The notes under the pieces were generated by a model. That model was not told the DNA's origin. It was given only the letters and a program-made list of their open reading frames with translations, and made no database searches. From Acidobacteriota bacterium (GTDB lineage Bacteria; Acidobacteriota; UBA6911; RPQK01; JAJDTT01): a stretch of DNA of 64,000 nt. The stretch covers positions 5,824,001 to 5,888,000 of the forward strand of contig OZ253580.1 in assembly GCA_965263035.1 (NCBI GenBank). The letters run 5' to 3'. Made by a program: the position numbers and the translations under genes. This document shows positions 34,467-43,792 of this stretch, piece by piece (within the stretch, counting starts at the first letter, position 1; each line of letters starts with the position of its first letter).

Positions 34467-35285
34467 ATGATCAGCGAACAGACACTACAGGCGATTCTCC
34501 TGGGCATCTTACAGGGGCTCACGGAATTCCTGCCGGTGAGCAGTTCGGGTCACCTGATCCTGGTGCCCTGGATGCTGGGCTGGCAGCCCCTGGGACTGAT
34601 TTTCGACATCATGGTCCACATCGGGACTCTCCTGGCCGTTCTGGTCTATTTCCGGCGCGAGTGGAAGCAGATCTTGGTGGCGGCATTCAAACGATTGTGC
34701 GGCCGGTCCCGGAGCCGGAACTCTTTCCTGATGGACGCCATCCTTCTGGGGACGATTCCGGCGGTCGTGGCGGGGGGACTGCTGAAGCAGGTCATCGAGG
34801 AGTATCTCCGGACCCCCACGGTGACCGCATCCTGCCTGGGCATTTTTGGCTTTCTCCTCTGGTGGGCAGACCGTCGCGGAGCCAAGAACCGCTCGCTCCG
34901 GAGCCTGACTCGGAAAGATGGAATTCTGATCGGATTGGCCCAGGCTCTGGCTCTCATGCCGGGGGTGAGCCGAGCAGGCATTACACTGAGTGCGGGTCTG
35001 GCTCTCGGCCTCAATCGATCGGATGCCGCCCGGTTCGCCTTCCTCCTTTCCGCCCCCATCATGGCGCTGGCAGGGGCGGCTGCCGTTTACGAGTTGCTCT
35101 CTGCCCGAACCGCGGCGGCAGCCGGGTTGGCTGACTCCGCGTTACTCCTTGGTGTATCATCGTCCTTCGTTAGCGGCATCCTATGTATCCGGTTCTTTCT
35201 TCGCTTTCTCGAGCGGCGTACGCTGCTGCCGTTTGTCGCCTATCGGTTCTTGTTGGCTGCTGTTATTTTCTGCTCGTCCCTCTGA
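34467..35285 (+). CDS. uppP: Undecaprenyl-diphosphate phosphatase
   Basis: [21 protein letters not shown], multiple transmembrane segments. Confidence 0.95.
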   Translation: MISEQTLQAILLGILQGLTEFLPVSSSGHLILVPWMLGWQPLGLIFDIMVHIGTLLAVLVYFRREWKQILVAAFKRLCGRSRSRNSFLMDAILLGTIPAVVAGGLLKQVIEEYLRTPTVTASCLGIFGFLLWWADRRGAKNRSLRSLTRKDGILIGLAQALALMPGVSRAGITLSAGLALGLNRSDAARFAFLLSAPIMALAGAAAVYELLSARTAAAAGLADSALLLGVSSSFVSGILCIRFFLRFLERRTLLPFVAYRFLLAAVIFCSSL

Positions 35286-35893
35286 CGGGGGCGGCGGAAG
35301 ATGTCATCAAGGACTCCGAGTCCATTCCCGCCTACCAGAACCAGATACTGAGGTCACATTTTCGATCCCAGTACTACAAGAGCGTGACCTCCATCGGTTC
35401 CAGAACCAACGATCCTTTCGTCACCCAATACGTGGACCGCCAAATCGCCTACTACCTGAGGCGAATTCGCTCCGCTCTCGTCATGCTCAAGGTGCACTGC
35501 GAGGAGGTCCAGGAGATCCGGGCGAATTCAACGATCGACAACCGCCTTCAGATGACGCCCGAATTTCGGAAGCAGTGGAGGAAGGCGCTGGGGGATCTTT
35601 CCCGAGATGCGAGGGGTCTCAAGAATCTCATTGGGAGCATCCTGCTCGGACTGGCTCGGAAGGACTCCAGACGGCCCCGTGTCCGCTCGGTGGGCGGAAG
35701 GGACGGCTACGGCCGGGAGGTCGCGTACGTGAGGAGGGAGCTGACGCTGGCAGAACGGCGAATCGAGGATTTCTTCTACAAGCCCACAAATACGGTGAGC
35801 TTCGAAGATCTTCGGGACAGGAAGACCATGCTGGTGCATCTCTACCACGTCCAGGAGATGGCCAAACGACTCCGGGACGCGGTGGGCCGTTAA
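35183..35893 (+). CDS. Hypothetical helical protein, start uncertain
   Basis: Long ORF with coding-like composition filling the gap between uppP and the MBL gene. Hydrophobic stretch near the N-terminus. Confidence 0.6.
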   Translation: MYPVLSSLSRAAYAAAVCRLSVLVGCCYFLLVPLTGAAEDVIKDSESIPAYQNQILRSHFRSQYYKSVTSIGSRTNDPFVTQYVDRQIAYYLRRIRSALVMLKVHCEEVQEIRANSTIDNRLQMTPEFRKQWRKALGDLSRDARGLKNLIGSILLGLARKDSRRPRVRSVGGRDGYGREVAYVRRELTLAERRIEDFFYKPTNTVSFEDLRDRKTMLVHLYHVQEMAKRLRDAVGR

Positions 35894-35977
35894 CAATTCC
35901 GCGTGGATCAGGGGACGAGACCTTCACGCCGTGCCGAACCAGGCGGATACGGGAGTCGGCGAGACTGAAAGGAGTGT

Positions 35978-36667
35978 TTGATGCGAAACCTCACTCACTG
36001 GTTGTTTTTCGGTGTCTTCAACCTGACCGGGCTGGCCGCCGGAGTGGAGGTGATCCCGATTCACCATGGATCCCTTATTCTCAAATGGCAGGAGAAAGTG
36101 ATCTACGTCGACCCTTGGAGCCGCGGAGACTACACGGGACAACCGCCGGCGGACCTCATCCTGATCACCGATATCCATGGGGACCACATGGACCCGGAGC
36201 AGATCTCTCGAGTCCGGAAAGACGAGACGGTCATCGTCGCTCCCGCAGCGGTGCAGAAGACGGTTTCGGAAGCCAGGGTGCTGAGTAACGGCGAAACCAT
36301 TCGCCCACTTGGAATCCAGGTCGAAGGCATCGCCATGTACAACCTGAAACGGGGTCCCAAGGCGGGACAGCTCTACCACACCCGAGGCCGGGGAAACGGA
36401 TACATTCTCACGTTCGGGAAAGAGCGTGTCTATATTTCCGGAGACACCGAGTGCATTCCGGAAATGAAGGCATTGAAGGATATCGATCTGGCGTTCGTGT
36501 GCATGAATCTTCCTTACACCATGACTCCCGAAGAAGCCGCCGAGTGCGTCAACAGCTTCCGTCCCAAGGCCGTGTACCCCTATCACTTCAGGGGATCGGA
36601 CGTGAAGGTTTTCGAGCGGATGGTGACCGCGGAAGGCGTCGAGGTCAGAATTCTGGACTGGTACTGA
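35978..36667 (+). CDS. Metallo-beta-lactamase-fold hydrolase
   Basis: YVDP, ITDIHGDH (HxHxDH variant), SGDTE, PYH. Confidence 0.88.
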   Translation: MMRNLTHWLFFGVFNLTGLAAGVEVIPIHHGSLILKWQEKVIYVDPWSRGDYTGQPPADLILITDIHGDHMDPEQISRVRKDETVIVAPAAVQKTVSEARVLSNGETIRPLGIQVEGIAMYNLKRGPKAGQLYHTRGRGNGYILTFGKERVYISGDTECIPEMKALKDIDLAFVCMNLPYTMTPEEAAECVNSFRPKAVYPYHFRGSDVKVFERMVTAEGVEVRILDWY

Positions 36668-36734
36668 ACGAGGCTGGTCCCCCCGGAGACGTCGGCTCGA
36701 CCATGAAGGGACCGGCGAAATCGGTCAAGGAGGG

Positions 36735-37229
36735 TTAGCCTTTTCCCTTTTCCGCGCTGCCACGCCTGAGAGAGAGACACCCCGTACGGTGCACGTCCCG
36801 CACACCGTACACCCGCATGTTCTGGAGAAAACCGTTGATCTTCTCCGGCTGTCCCGTTACCTCGAAAACACAGCTCTGAGGACTGGCGTCGACCACGCGC
36901 GCCCGAAACACCTTGGAGAGTTCCAAGATCTCCGACCGGCTGGATTCCGTGACGCGCACCCGGATCAGGGCCATCTCGCGGGCCATGTGGACTCGCGGAT
37001 TGTATGGAATCACCTTGATGACATCGATCAGCTTGTTCAACTGCTTGACGACCTGCTCGGTGCCCGGCTCGTCCGTGTTCGTGGAAAGGGTAATGAGCGA
37101 CATGGTGGGGTCGGAGGTCGGAGCGACGTTCAGGGTCTCGATATTGTATCCCCGCTGGCTGAACAACCCCACAACCCGGGCCAGGACACCCGATCTGTTT
37201 TCGACCAGTAAGGAAAGCAACTGAACCAT
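36735..37229 (-). CDS. ilvN: Acetolactate synthase small (regulatory ACT) subunit
   Basis: LLVEN..GVLARVVGLFS.RGYNI..L.V, KQLNKLIDVIKV, REMALI.V. Confidence 0.93.
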   Translation of the reverse strand: MVQLLSLLVENRSGVLARVVGLFSQRGYNIETLNVAPTSDPTMSLITLSTNTDEPGTEQVVKQLNKLIDVIKVIPYNPRVHMAREMALIRVRVTESSRSEILELSKVFRARVVDASPQSCVFEVTGQPEKINGFLQNMRVYGVRDVHRTGCLSLRRGSAEKGKG

Positions 37230-37393
37230 GGCGTGTCCCCGTATAAGCACTTTGGGGCCCAGAGTCAAGACAGGAACGCTTCTGGACTGATCCGGCGCCG
37301 TCCTTCAGACACCCCGCGACGCGCGACGCAAGGGCGTCATCCCTGGGCCGTGCCTGCGAACTCCCGACCTGCGCCGCGTCTTCCGAAACGAAT

Positions 37394-39880
37394 ATGGCAG
37401 AATGGCCCGAAATGGCCACCACGATCCGTGCGGAGCCCTGGGAAACCTACTCGGCTCAGCGTCGCCTCGTCGAGCAATCGTTCCGGTCAGACCTCTGTCC
37501 GGAGTCGGCTCTGGCGGACCTGACCCAGGCCATGGACGCCCTGGTCTCCCAAGTCGCTCAGCGGCACCTTCGATTCGGTTCGTTTTGCATCCTCGCCTTG
37601 GGCGGATACGGTCGCCGCGAGATGTTCCCCCACTCGGACGTGGATCTTCTGCTGTTGTACCGGGAGGAGGACCGAGAAGCCGCCGAGGACGCCATCAAAC
37701 GTCTGCTCCACGACTTGTGGGACCTCCGCCTGGACCTGGGGCACCAAGTCTGGTCCCTGGAGGACCTGACGACCCAGGGCCCGGACCTGGAGTTGTCCCT
37801 GTCCCTGTCGGATGCTCGAATCGTAACCGGAAACATGGCCTTGGGAAGTCTCCTTCTCCGCGACTTTCTTCCCGGCTGGCATCGAGCCCAGACCGGGGAA
37901 CTGCGCCTTGGGATCGACCGTCTGACCCGGAAACGGCACCGGAGTTTCCAGAACACCATCTTCCATCTGGAGCCGGATCTGAAGGAGGGCCCCGGTGGAC
38001 TCAGAGATTTCCTGACAGCCGGATGGCTGTCGAGGCTCCGGGGGGAGGCACGCTTCATCCCGTACAGCCGAGAACGCATCGACGACGCGTCCAGTTTCAT
38101 GAAGCGGATGCGCATGTTGGTCCACCTCGTGCGTGGGCGCAATCTGAATCGCCTTACGTATCGGCTGCAGGAAGAAATTGCACCACTGGCCGGCTATGCA
38201 TCCGAAGACGATCGGACGGGCGCTGAGACCATGATGCAGAAGTACTATCTCAACGCCCGGGTTCTCCACGGGTTTTGTCGCCACGCCCTGGTCATGAGAA
38301 CCCCGGTCGAACCGTCCGCCCAAATCCAGCTGGAGAAAGTCTCGTCGGAGCGAGCCGGCCCCACCATCCTCAGAGCTTTTCGAGACTCCCTGATTCAGTC
38401 CAAGCCTTTGAGTGACAGGGCCCGCATGTTGATTTCCCGCGGCTGTCCCCATTTGGCTGCAAGCTTGCGCCGTTTTCCGCAACCGGGATCGATATTGGAC
38501 CTCTTTTCTCCCCGGCCCGGGCTCTATCGGACCCTGATCGAAATGTACGAACTGGGAGTCTTGGAGGCTCTTTTTCCGGAATTTGGAAGCATCAAGGCCA
38601 AGGTCACACGCGATTTCTACCACCAATATACCGTCGATGAGCACAGCCTCATGGCCATCCGCAATATTGAGGAGCTGAGGGAAGGGAAGTCCGATGTGGA
38701 CGCCCGGTTCGCAGCCCTGCTGGAGGAGGCGACCCATCCGGAGCTGTTGACCCTGGCCCTCCTCCTCCACGATGTGGGAAAGAGCCGGGAAGGGCGTCAT
38801 GCCGACCGAAGCACGCGAATGGCGGCCGCGGCGCTGAGGCGCCTGTGCTTTCCCGCGGAATGTATCGAGGCCATCTCGTTTCTGATCCAACAACATCTAT
38901 CCATGACCAAAGTCATTTTCCGGAGGGACCTGGAGGACCCCAGGGTGATCGACCGCTTTGCCGACCGCGTCGGCGATCCCGATCGGCTCCGCCTGCTGTG
39001 TCTTCTGACCTACGCGGACATCAAGGCCGTCGGACCCGGCGTGCTCAAGGATTGGACCAAGGATCTCCTGTGGCAACTGTATGTCTCCGCCTACCGAAAA
39101 CTCACCCTGGGCTTTGGGGTGGACTCGGTGGAAGAAGAAACCCCGGACCTCCTCTTCAGGGATCTGCCGGGCGACCTCGATGCCCGAGATTTCGGGAGGT
39201 TCCTTGAAGGACTCCCTCTCAGATACGTGAAGATCACACCTCATTCCGAAATCTATGAGCACTATCGTCTGGCCCGAGGTCTGAGAACCGATCGGCCAGT
39301 CCGGTTGCGGCTGACTCGGGAGCTCGACGGCTACAAACTCTGCGTGGTGACTCCCGATCGTTTCTACCTCTTTGCTCGGGTCGCCGGTGTCCTCGCCTCG
39401 TTTGGCATGAACATATTCCGTGGCTATGCCATGTCCAACCGGGCGGGAACGACTCTGGACCTGTTCCATTTCACCGACGCCCGCCGACTCTTCGCTCTTA
39501 ATCCCAGCGAGAAACAGCGGTTTCAGGATTCGGTCAGCCGGGTGCTTCGGGATGACCGGTCCGTGGAGCCGTATCTCAAGCGCAACGGCAGACTGTTGAA
39601 ACCGCGCTTTTCGTCCGCACGGTTTCGCCCCTCCGTCTACTTCGAGGATGAGCCCACCCAGCGCTACACCATCATGGAACTCGTGGCTTCCGACGCCGTC
39701 GGTCTCCTGTACACCATCGCCGACCGGATCTCGTCCCTTCGCTGCAACATCGATCTGGTATTGATCAATACGGAGGGTGAGAGAGCGGTGGATGTCTTTT
39801 ACTTGTCGCGTGATGGGTGTAAACTTGGGCCTGTTCTACAGCAAGAACTGGAAGCTCAGATTCTTCAAGCGATAGGGTGA
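37394..39880 (+). CDS. glnD: P-II uridylyltransferase/uridylyl-removing enzyme
   Basis: ALGGYGR.E.FPHSDVDL, EPDLKEGPGGLRD, HQYTVDEH, LLHDVGK (HD), two C-terminal ACT domains. The true start may be ATG 37412. Confidence 0.95.
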   Translation: MAEWPEMATTIRAEPWETYSAQRRLVEQSFRSDLCPESALADLTQAMDALVSQVAQRHLRFGSFCILALGGYGRREMFPHSDVDLLLLYREEDREAAEDAIKRLLHDLWDLRLDLGHQVWSLEDLTTQGPDLELSLSLSDARIVTGNMALGSLLLRDFLPGWHRAQTGELRLGIDRLTRKRHRSFQNTIFHLEPDLKEGPGGLRDFLTAGWLSRLRGEARFIPYSRERIDDASSFMKRMRMLVHLVRGRNLNRLTYRLQEEIAPLAGYASEDDRTGAETMMQKYYLNARVLHGFCRHALVMRTPVEPSAQIQLEKVSSERAGPTILRAFRDSLIQSKPLSDRARMLISRGCPHLAASLRRFPQPGSILDLFSPRPGLYRTLIEMYELGVLEALFPEFGSIKAKVTRDFYHQYTVDEHSLMAIRNIEELREGKSDVDARFAALLEEATHPELLTLALLLHDVGKSREGRHADRSTRMAAAALRRLCFPAECIEAISFLIQQHLSMTKVIFRRDLEDPRVIDRFADRVGDPDRLRLLCLLTYADIKAVGPGVLKDWTKDLLWQLYVSAYRKLTLGFGVDSVEEETPDLLFRDLPGDLDARDFGRFLEGLPLRYVKITPHSEIYEHYRLARGLRTDRPVRLRLTRELDGYKLCVVTPDRFYLFARVAGVLASFGMNIFRGYAMSNRAGTTLDLFHFTDARRLFALNPSEKQRFQDSVSRVLRDDRSVEPYLKRNGRLLKPRFSSARFRPSVYFEDEPTQRYTIMELVASDAVGLLYTIADRISSLRCNIDLVLINTEGERAVDVFYLSRDGCKLGPVLQQELEAQILQAIG

Positions 39881-39884
39881 ATCA

Positions 39885-40211
39885 ATGAAATTGATCATGG
39901 CGATCGTACGGCCCAGCAAGGTGGAAGAGGTCAAGGATGCGCTGGGCAAACTGAACGTTTCAGGCATGACCATTTCGGAAGTGCGCGGTCATGGCCGCCA
40001 GAAAGGACACACGGCCATCTACCGGGGAAAAGAATACAGTGTCACCCTCCTGCCCAAAATGAAGATGGAAATCGTTCTGCCAGACGATCTGGTGGAAGAG
40101 ACCATCGAAACCATCATGGAGACGGCTCGCACAGGCGAAATCGGCGACGGCCGCGTTTTTGTGCTTCCCGTGGAATGCCAGTACAACATCCGCACCGGAG
40201 AGAACGACTGA
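39885..40211 (+). CDS. glnB: P-II nitrogen signal transducer (GlnB/GlnK family)
   Basis: GHGRQKG..IYRG.EY (T-loop Tyr51), TGEIGDGRVF, IRTGE. Confidence 0.97.
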   Translation: MKLIMAIVRPSKVEEVKDALGKLNVSGMTISEVRGHGRQKGHTAIYRGKEYSVTLLPKMKMEIVLPDDLVEETIETIMETARTGEIGDGRVFVLPVECQYNIRTGEND

Positions 40212-40315
40212 TCCGGCTCCCTGCGGCTCCGCTGCGGAGGCTTCACCCAACGGCGCCATGAGGCGCTCCGTCGACCGGCCGGGGGTCACGCAAGCCTCCT
40301 CTTTCTTACCAACCG

Positions 40316-43300
40316 TCAAACGGCTTCGATCGTCTCCCGGCGATAGGTCAACAGCAGATCCTTGGTATTCACCCGGTCTCCCGGCTCCACCAGCAGTTCG
40401 TCGATCTCGGCTTCCCGGTCGGCGTAGAGCGTGAGTTCCATCTTCATGGCCTGAAGCGTCAGGAGCTTCTCTCCCTGGGCGACTTTCGCTCCGCTTCCCA
40501 CCGAGACTGAGATGACCATGCCGGGCATGGGCGCGCCGACGTGAAGCGGGTCGCCCGGGTCCGCCTTGGACCGTTTTGATACCTGGGGAATCACGGACTG
40601 ATTGGGAACCCGGACCTCCCTGGGAACGCCGTTGAGCTCGAAAAAGACGGTGCAGTTCCCCCGGGTGTCCGGTTCCCCCACGGCCATCAGCTTGATGATG
40701 AGCGTCTTTCCAGGCTCCAGTTCCACCAGGACTTCGGCTTCCCGTTCCATTCCGTAGAAGAAAACGGGCGTAGGAATTACGGAAACGTCGCCGAACCGGA
40801 TCTGGTGCCGTATGAACTCCTGAAACACCTGCGGGTACAGGAGGTACGAAATCGTGTCTCGCTCACCGAACTTGCGGCGAAGCCGCCCCTCAAGGTCTTT
40901 TCGTGCGCCTTGCAGGTCGGCGGGAGGCAGGGACTCGCCGGGCCGGCCCTGAATCGGACGCAGGTCTCCCAGAATCCGCTCTCTCAACCGGGCCGGGAAC
41001 CCGCCCTTCGGTGTTCCCAGGCGGCCCTGGAAGAAATCGATCACCGACTTGGGAAAATCGATCTTCTTTGAAGAGTCAGTCAAGTCTTGCGGAGAGAGAT
41101 CGTTAGTCAACATGAATAGCGCGAGATCGCCGACGACCTTGGAAGAGGGAGTGACCTTGACGATGTCTCCAAAAAGCTCGTTCACTCGGGCGTAGGTTCG
41201 CCACACCTCCGGCCAATTTTCCTCCAGGCCCAACGCCGCCGCCTGCTGATACAGGTTGGTGTATTGCCCGCCCGGCATCTCATGCTTGTAGACATCCGCG
41301 GTTCCTGTCCGTAGCGTCGACTCGAAGGCACAGTAGTACTGCCGCACAACCTCCCAGTAATGAGCAGTTTCCTCAAGCCTTGCCGTGTCGAAACCAGGAT
41401 CGCGGGGAGAAAACCGCAACATTTCCACGAACGTGTTGAGGCTGGGCTGAGAGGTCAGACCGGCCAACGGAGCCATGGCGCCGTCCACGATATCTGCTCC
41501 CGCTTCCACCGCCTTCAACAGTGTCGCCATCTGGCCACCGCTCGTGTCGTGGGTATGGAAGTGGATCGGAAGCCCCACTTCGTTCTTCAGAGCCCGGATC
41601 AACTGATGGGCGGCGTAGGGCTTGCACAGGCCGGCCATGTCCTTGATGGCCAGAATATGGGCGCCCATTCGCTCCAACTCCCGCGCCAATTCCAGGTAGT
41701 AGTCCAGAGAGTATTTGGGTCGGTCCGGATCCAGAATGTCGCCGGTGTAACAGATGGCAGCCTCGGCCAAGCCACCACTCCGGGACACGGCTTCTATGGC
41801 GACCTGCATGTTGCGGGTATCGTTGAGTGAATCGAAAATGCGAAAAATGTCGATGCCCGATTCTGCGGCGAACCGCACGAACTCCTGGACCACGTTGTCC
41901 GGATAACTCGTGTAGCCGACGGCATTGGAAGCTCTCAGCAACATCTGGAAGGGAATGTTGGGGATGGCTTGGCGCAAGCGGTCCAGGCGGTCCCAGGGAG
42001 ACTCCCGCAGAAAGCGCATTGCCGTGTCGAACGTGGCTCCGCCCCAGAGCTCGAGTGAGAAGAAGTCGCTATGGCAATGAGCATAGACGTCTGCGATCCG
42101 GCTCATGTCATAGGTACGCATTCGGGTAGCCAGAAGGGATTGGTGTGCATCCCGGAGGGTGGTGTCCGTGATCAGCACCTCCGGCCGATCTTGAACCCAA
42201 TCGGCGAATTTCCGAGGTCCGTCCCTGAGGAGTCGGAAACGATGGCCCTCCGGAATGGATCCACCGGTCGGGCGCCAGGGAACCGGCGCCGGCCTGCGGT
42301 TGACCTTGGCATGAAATTCCCGGACCACCGGAGTTTCATTGACCACCTGATTCCCCAGAAAGCGGAGCAGCCGAGTCGCTCGATCCCGGCGTGCCGGAAA
42401 ACGGAAGAGTTCTGGATTCTCGTCGATGAAACGAGTGGTGCAATTCCCGTTCCGAAACTCCGGGTGGTCTACCAAATTGATCAGGAAGGGGATGTTCGTC
42501 TTCACGCCGCGGATTCGGAACTCTTGCAGACAGCGCTCCATCCGGCGGACCGTTTCGGAAAAATGAAGGCCCCAGGCCGTGACCTTCACCAGAAGGGAGT
42601 CATAGAACGGGGTTACCGTGGCCCCGGAGAAGGCGGTTCCGGCGTCCAGCCGGATTCCCGCCCCGGCCGCCGAACGATAATGGAGAATGCGTCCGTAGTC
42701 GGGAATGAACGAATTCTCCGGATCCTCCGTGGTCACCCGGCACTGGCAGGCATAACCCCGGACCTGCACATCGGACTGAGTGGCCAGTCCGATCTCAGGA
42801 TGCTCCAGAGACAGTCCCTGGGCGATCAGAATCTGATGGTGAACCAGATCCACACCCGTCACCTGTTCCGTCACCGTGTGTTCGACCTGGATCCTGGGGT
42901 TGATCTCGATGAAGTAGAACTGGTCCGTGTCCTGATCCAACAGGAATTCCACCGTTCCCGCGTTGTCATACCCGATGGCCCGGCCCAGCGCCACCGCGGC
43001 ATCGCAGATCTTCCTTCTCAACTCCGGCGCCAGATTGAGGGCTGGAGCCATCTCCACCAACTTCTGATGGCGCCGCTGAAGGGAACAGTCGCGCTCGTAG
43101 AGATGGACGAGGTTGCCATGCCGGTCGCCCAGAATCTGAACCTCCAGGTGTCGCGCTCGGGACACGAATCGCTCCAGAAAGATCTCTTCTCGTCCGAATG
43201 CCGACGCCGACTCACGCCGCGCCTCTTGAAACTGGGCTTCCAACTCCGCCTCTCGGGACACGACGCGAATCCCGCGGCCGCCGCCGCCGTGAGCCGCCTT

Positions 43301-43792
43301 GAGCATGACCGGGTAACCCACGGCGGAAGCCAGGCTCCTGGCCTCGTCCAGGTCCGAGAGGGGCGTCTCGCTGCCCTGCAATATTGGAACCCCCAATTGG
43401 GCCGCCAACCCGCGGGCCACCGTCTTGTCGCCCAGCTGCTCCAGAATCTCAGGCCGGGGACCGATGAACAGAATTCCGGCATCCGCACAGGCCCGGGCCA
43501 GCACCGGGTTTTCCGAGAGAAAACCGTAGCCGGGATGAATGGCGTCGACTCGCTTCTCAACGGCCAGTGCGATCACGTTGTCGACGTTGAGGTAGGCCTG
43601 GATGGGATCCATGCCGGAGCCGATCAGATAAGCTTCATCCGCCTTATACCGATGGAGGGAGAATCGATCTTCTTCCGAATAGAGAGCGATCGTCCGGATG
43701 CCCAATTCATGTGTCGATCGAAAAACGCGAATCGCGATTTCACTTCGATTGGCGGCCAACAGGCGTTTGATTCGTGACTGACGTGAGGCCAT
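40316..43792 (-). CDS. pyc: Pyruvate carboxylase (single chain)
   Basis: ANRSEIA, HPGYGFLSEN, RDCSLQRRHQK, RDAHQSLLATR, IKDMAG, biotinyl domain AMKM. The ATG overlaps the upstream TAA. Confidence 0.97.
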   Translation of the reverse strand: MASRQSRIKRLLAANRSEIAIRVFRSTHELGIRTIALYSEEDRFSLHRYKADEAYLIGSGMDPIQAYLNVDNVIALAVEKRVDAIHPGYGFLSENPVLARACADAGILFIGPRPEILEQLGDKTVARGLAAQLGVPILQGSETPLSDLDEARSLASAVGYPVMLKAAHGGGGRGIRVVSREAELEAQFQEARRESASAFGREEIFLERFVSRARHLEVQILGDRHGNLVHLYERDCSLQRRHQKLVEMAPALNLAPELRRKICDAAVALGRAIGYDNAGTVEFLLDQDTDQFYFIEINPRIQVEHTVTEQVTGVDLVHHQILIAQGLSLEHPEIGLATQSDVQVRGYACQCRVTTEDPENSFIPDYGRILHYRSAAGAGIRLDAGTAFSGATVTPFYDSLLVKVTAWGLHFSETVRRMERCLQEFRIRGVKTNIPFLINLVDHPEFRNGNCTTRFIDENPELFRFPARRDRATRLLRFLGNQVVNETPVVREFHAKVNRRPAPVPWRPTGGSIPEGHRFRLLRDGPRKFADWVQDRPEVLITDTTLRDAHQSLLATRMRTYDMSRIADVYAHCHSDFFSLELWGGATFDTAMRFLRESPWDRLDRLRQAIPNIPFQMLLRASNAVGYTSYPDNVVQEFVRFAAESGIDIFRIFDSLNDTRNMQVAIEAVSRSGGLAEAAICYTGDILDPDRPKYSLDYYLELARELERMGAHILAIKDMAGLCKPYAAHQLIRALKNEVGLPIHFHTHDTSGGQMATLLKAVEAGADIVDGAMAPLAGLTSQPSLNTFVEMLRFSPRDPGFDTARLEETAHYWEVVRQYYCAFESTLRTGTADVYKHEMPGGQYTNLYQQAAALGLEENWPEVWRTYARVNELFGDIVKVTPSSKVVGDLALFMLTNDLSPQDLTDSSKKIDFPKSVIDFFQGRLGTPKGGFPARLRERILGDLRPIQGRPGESLPPADLQGARKDLEGRLRRKFGERDTISYLLYPQVFQEFIRHQIRFGDVSVIPTPVFFYGMEREAEVLVELEPGKTLIIKLMAVGEPDTRGNCTVFFELNGVPREVRVPNQSVIPQVSKRSKADPGDPLHVGAPMPGMVISVSVGSGAKVAQGEKLLTLQAMKMELTLYADREAEIDELLVEPGDRVNTKDLLLTYRRETIEAV

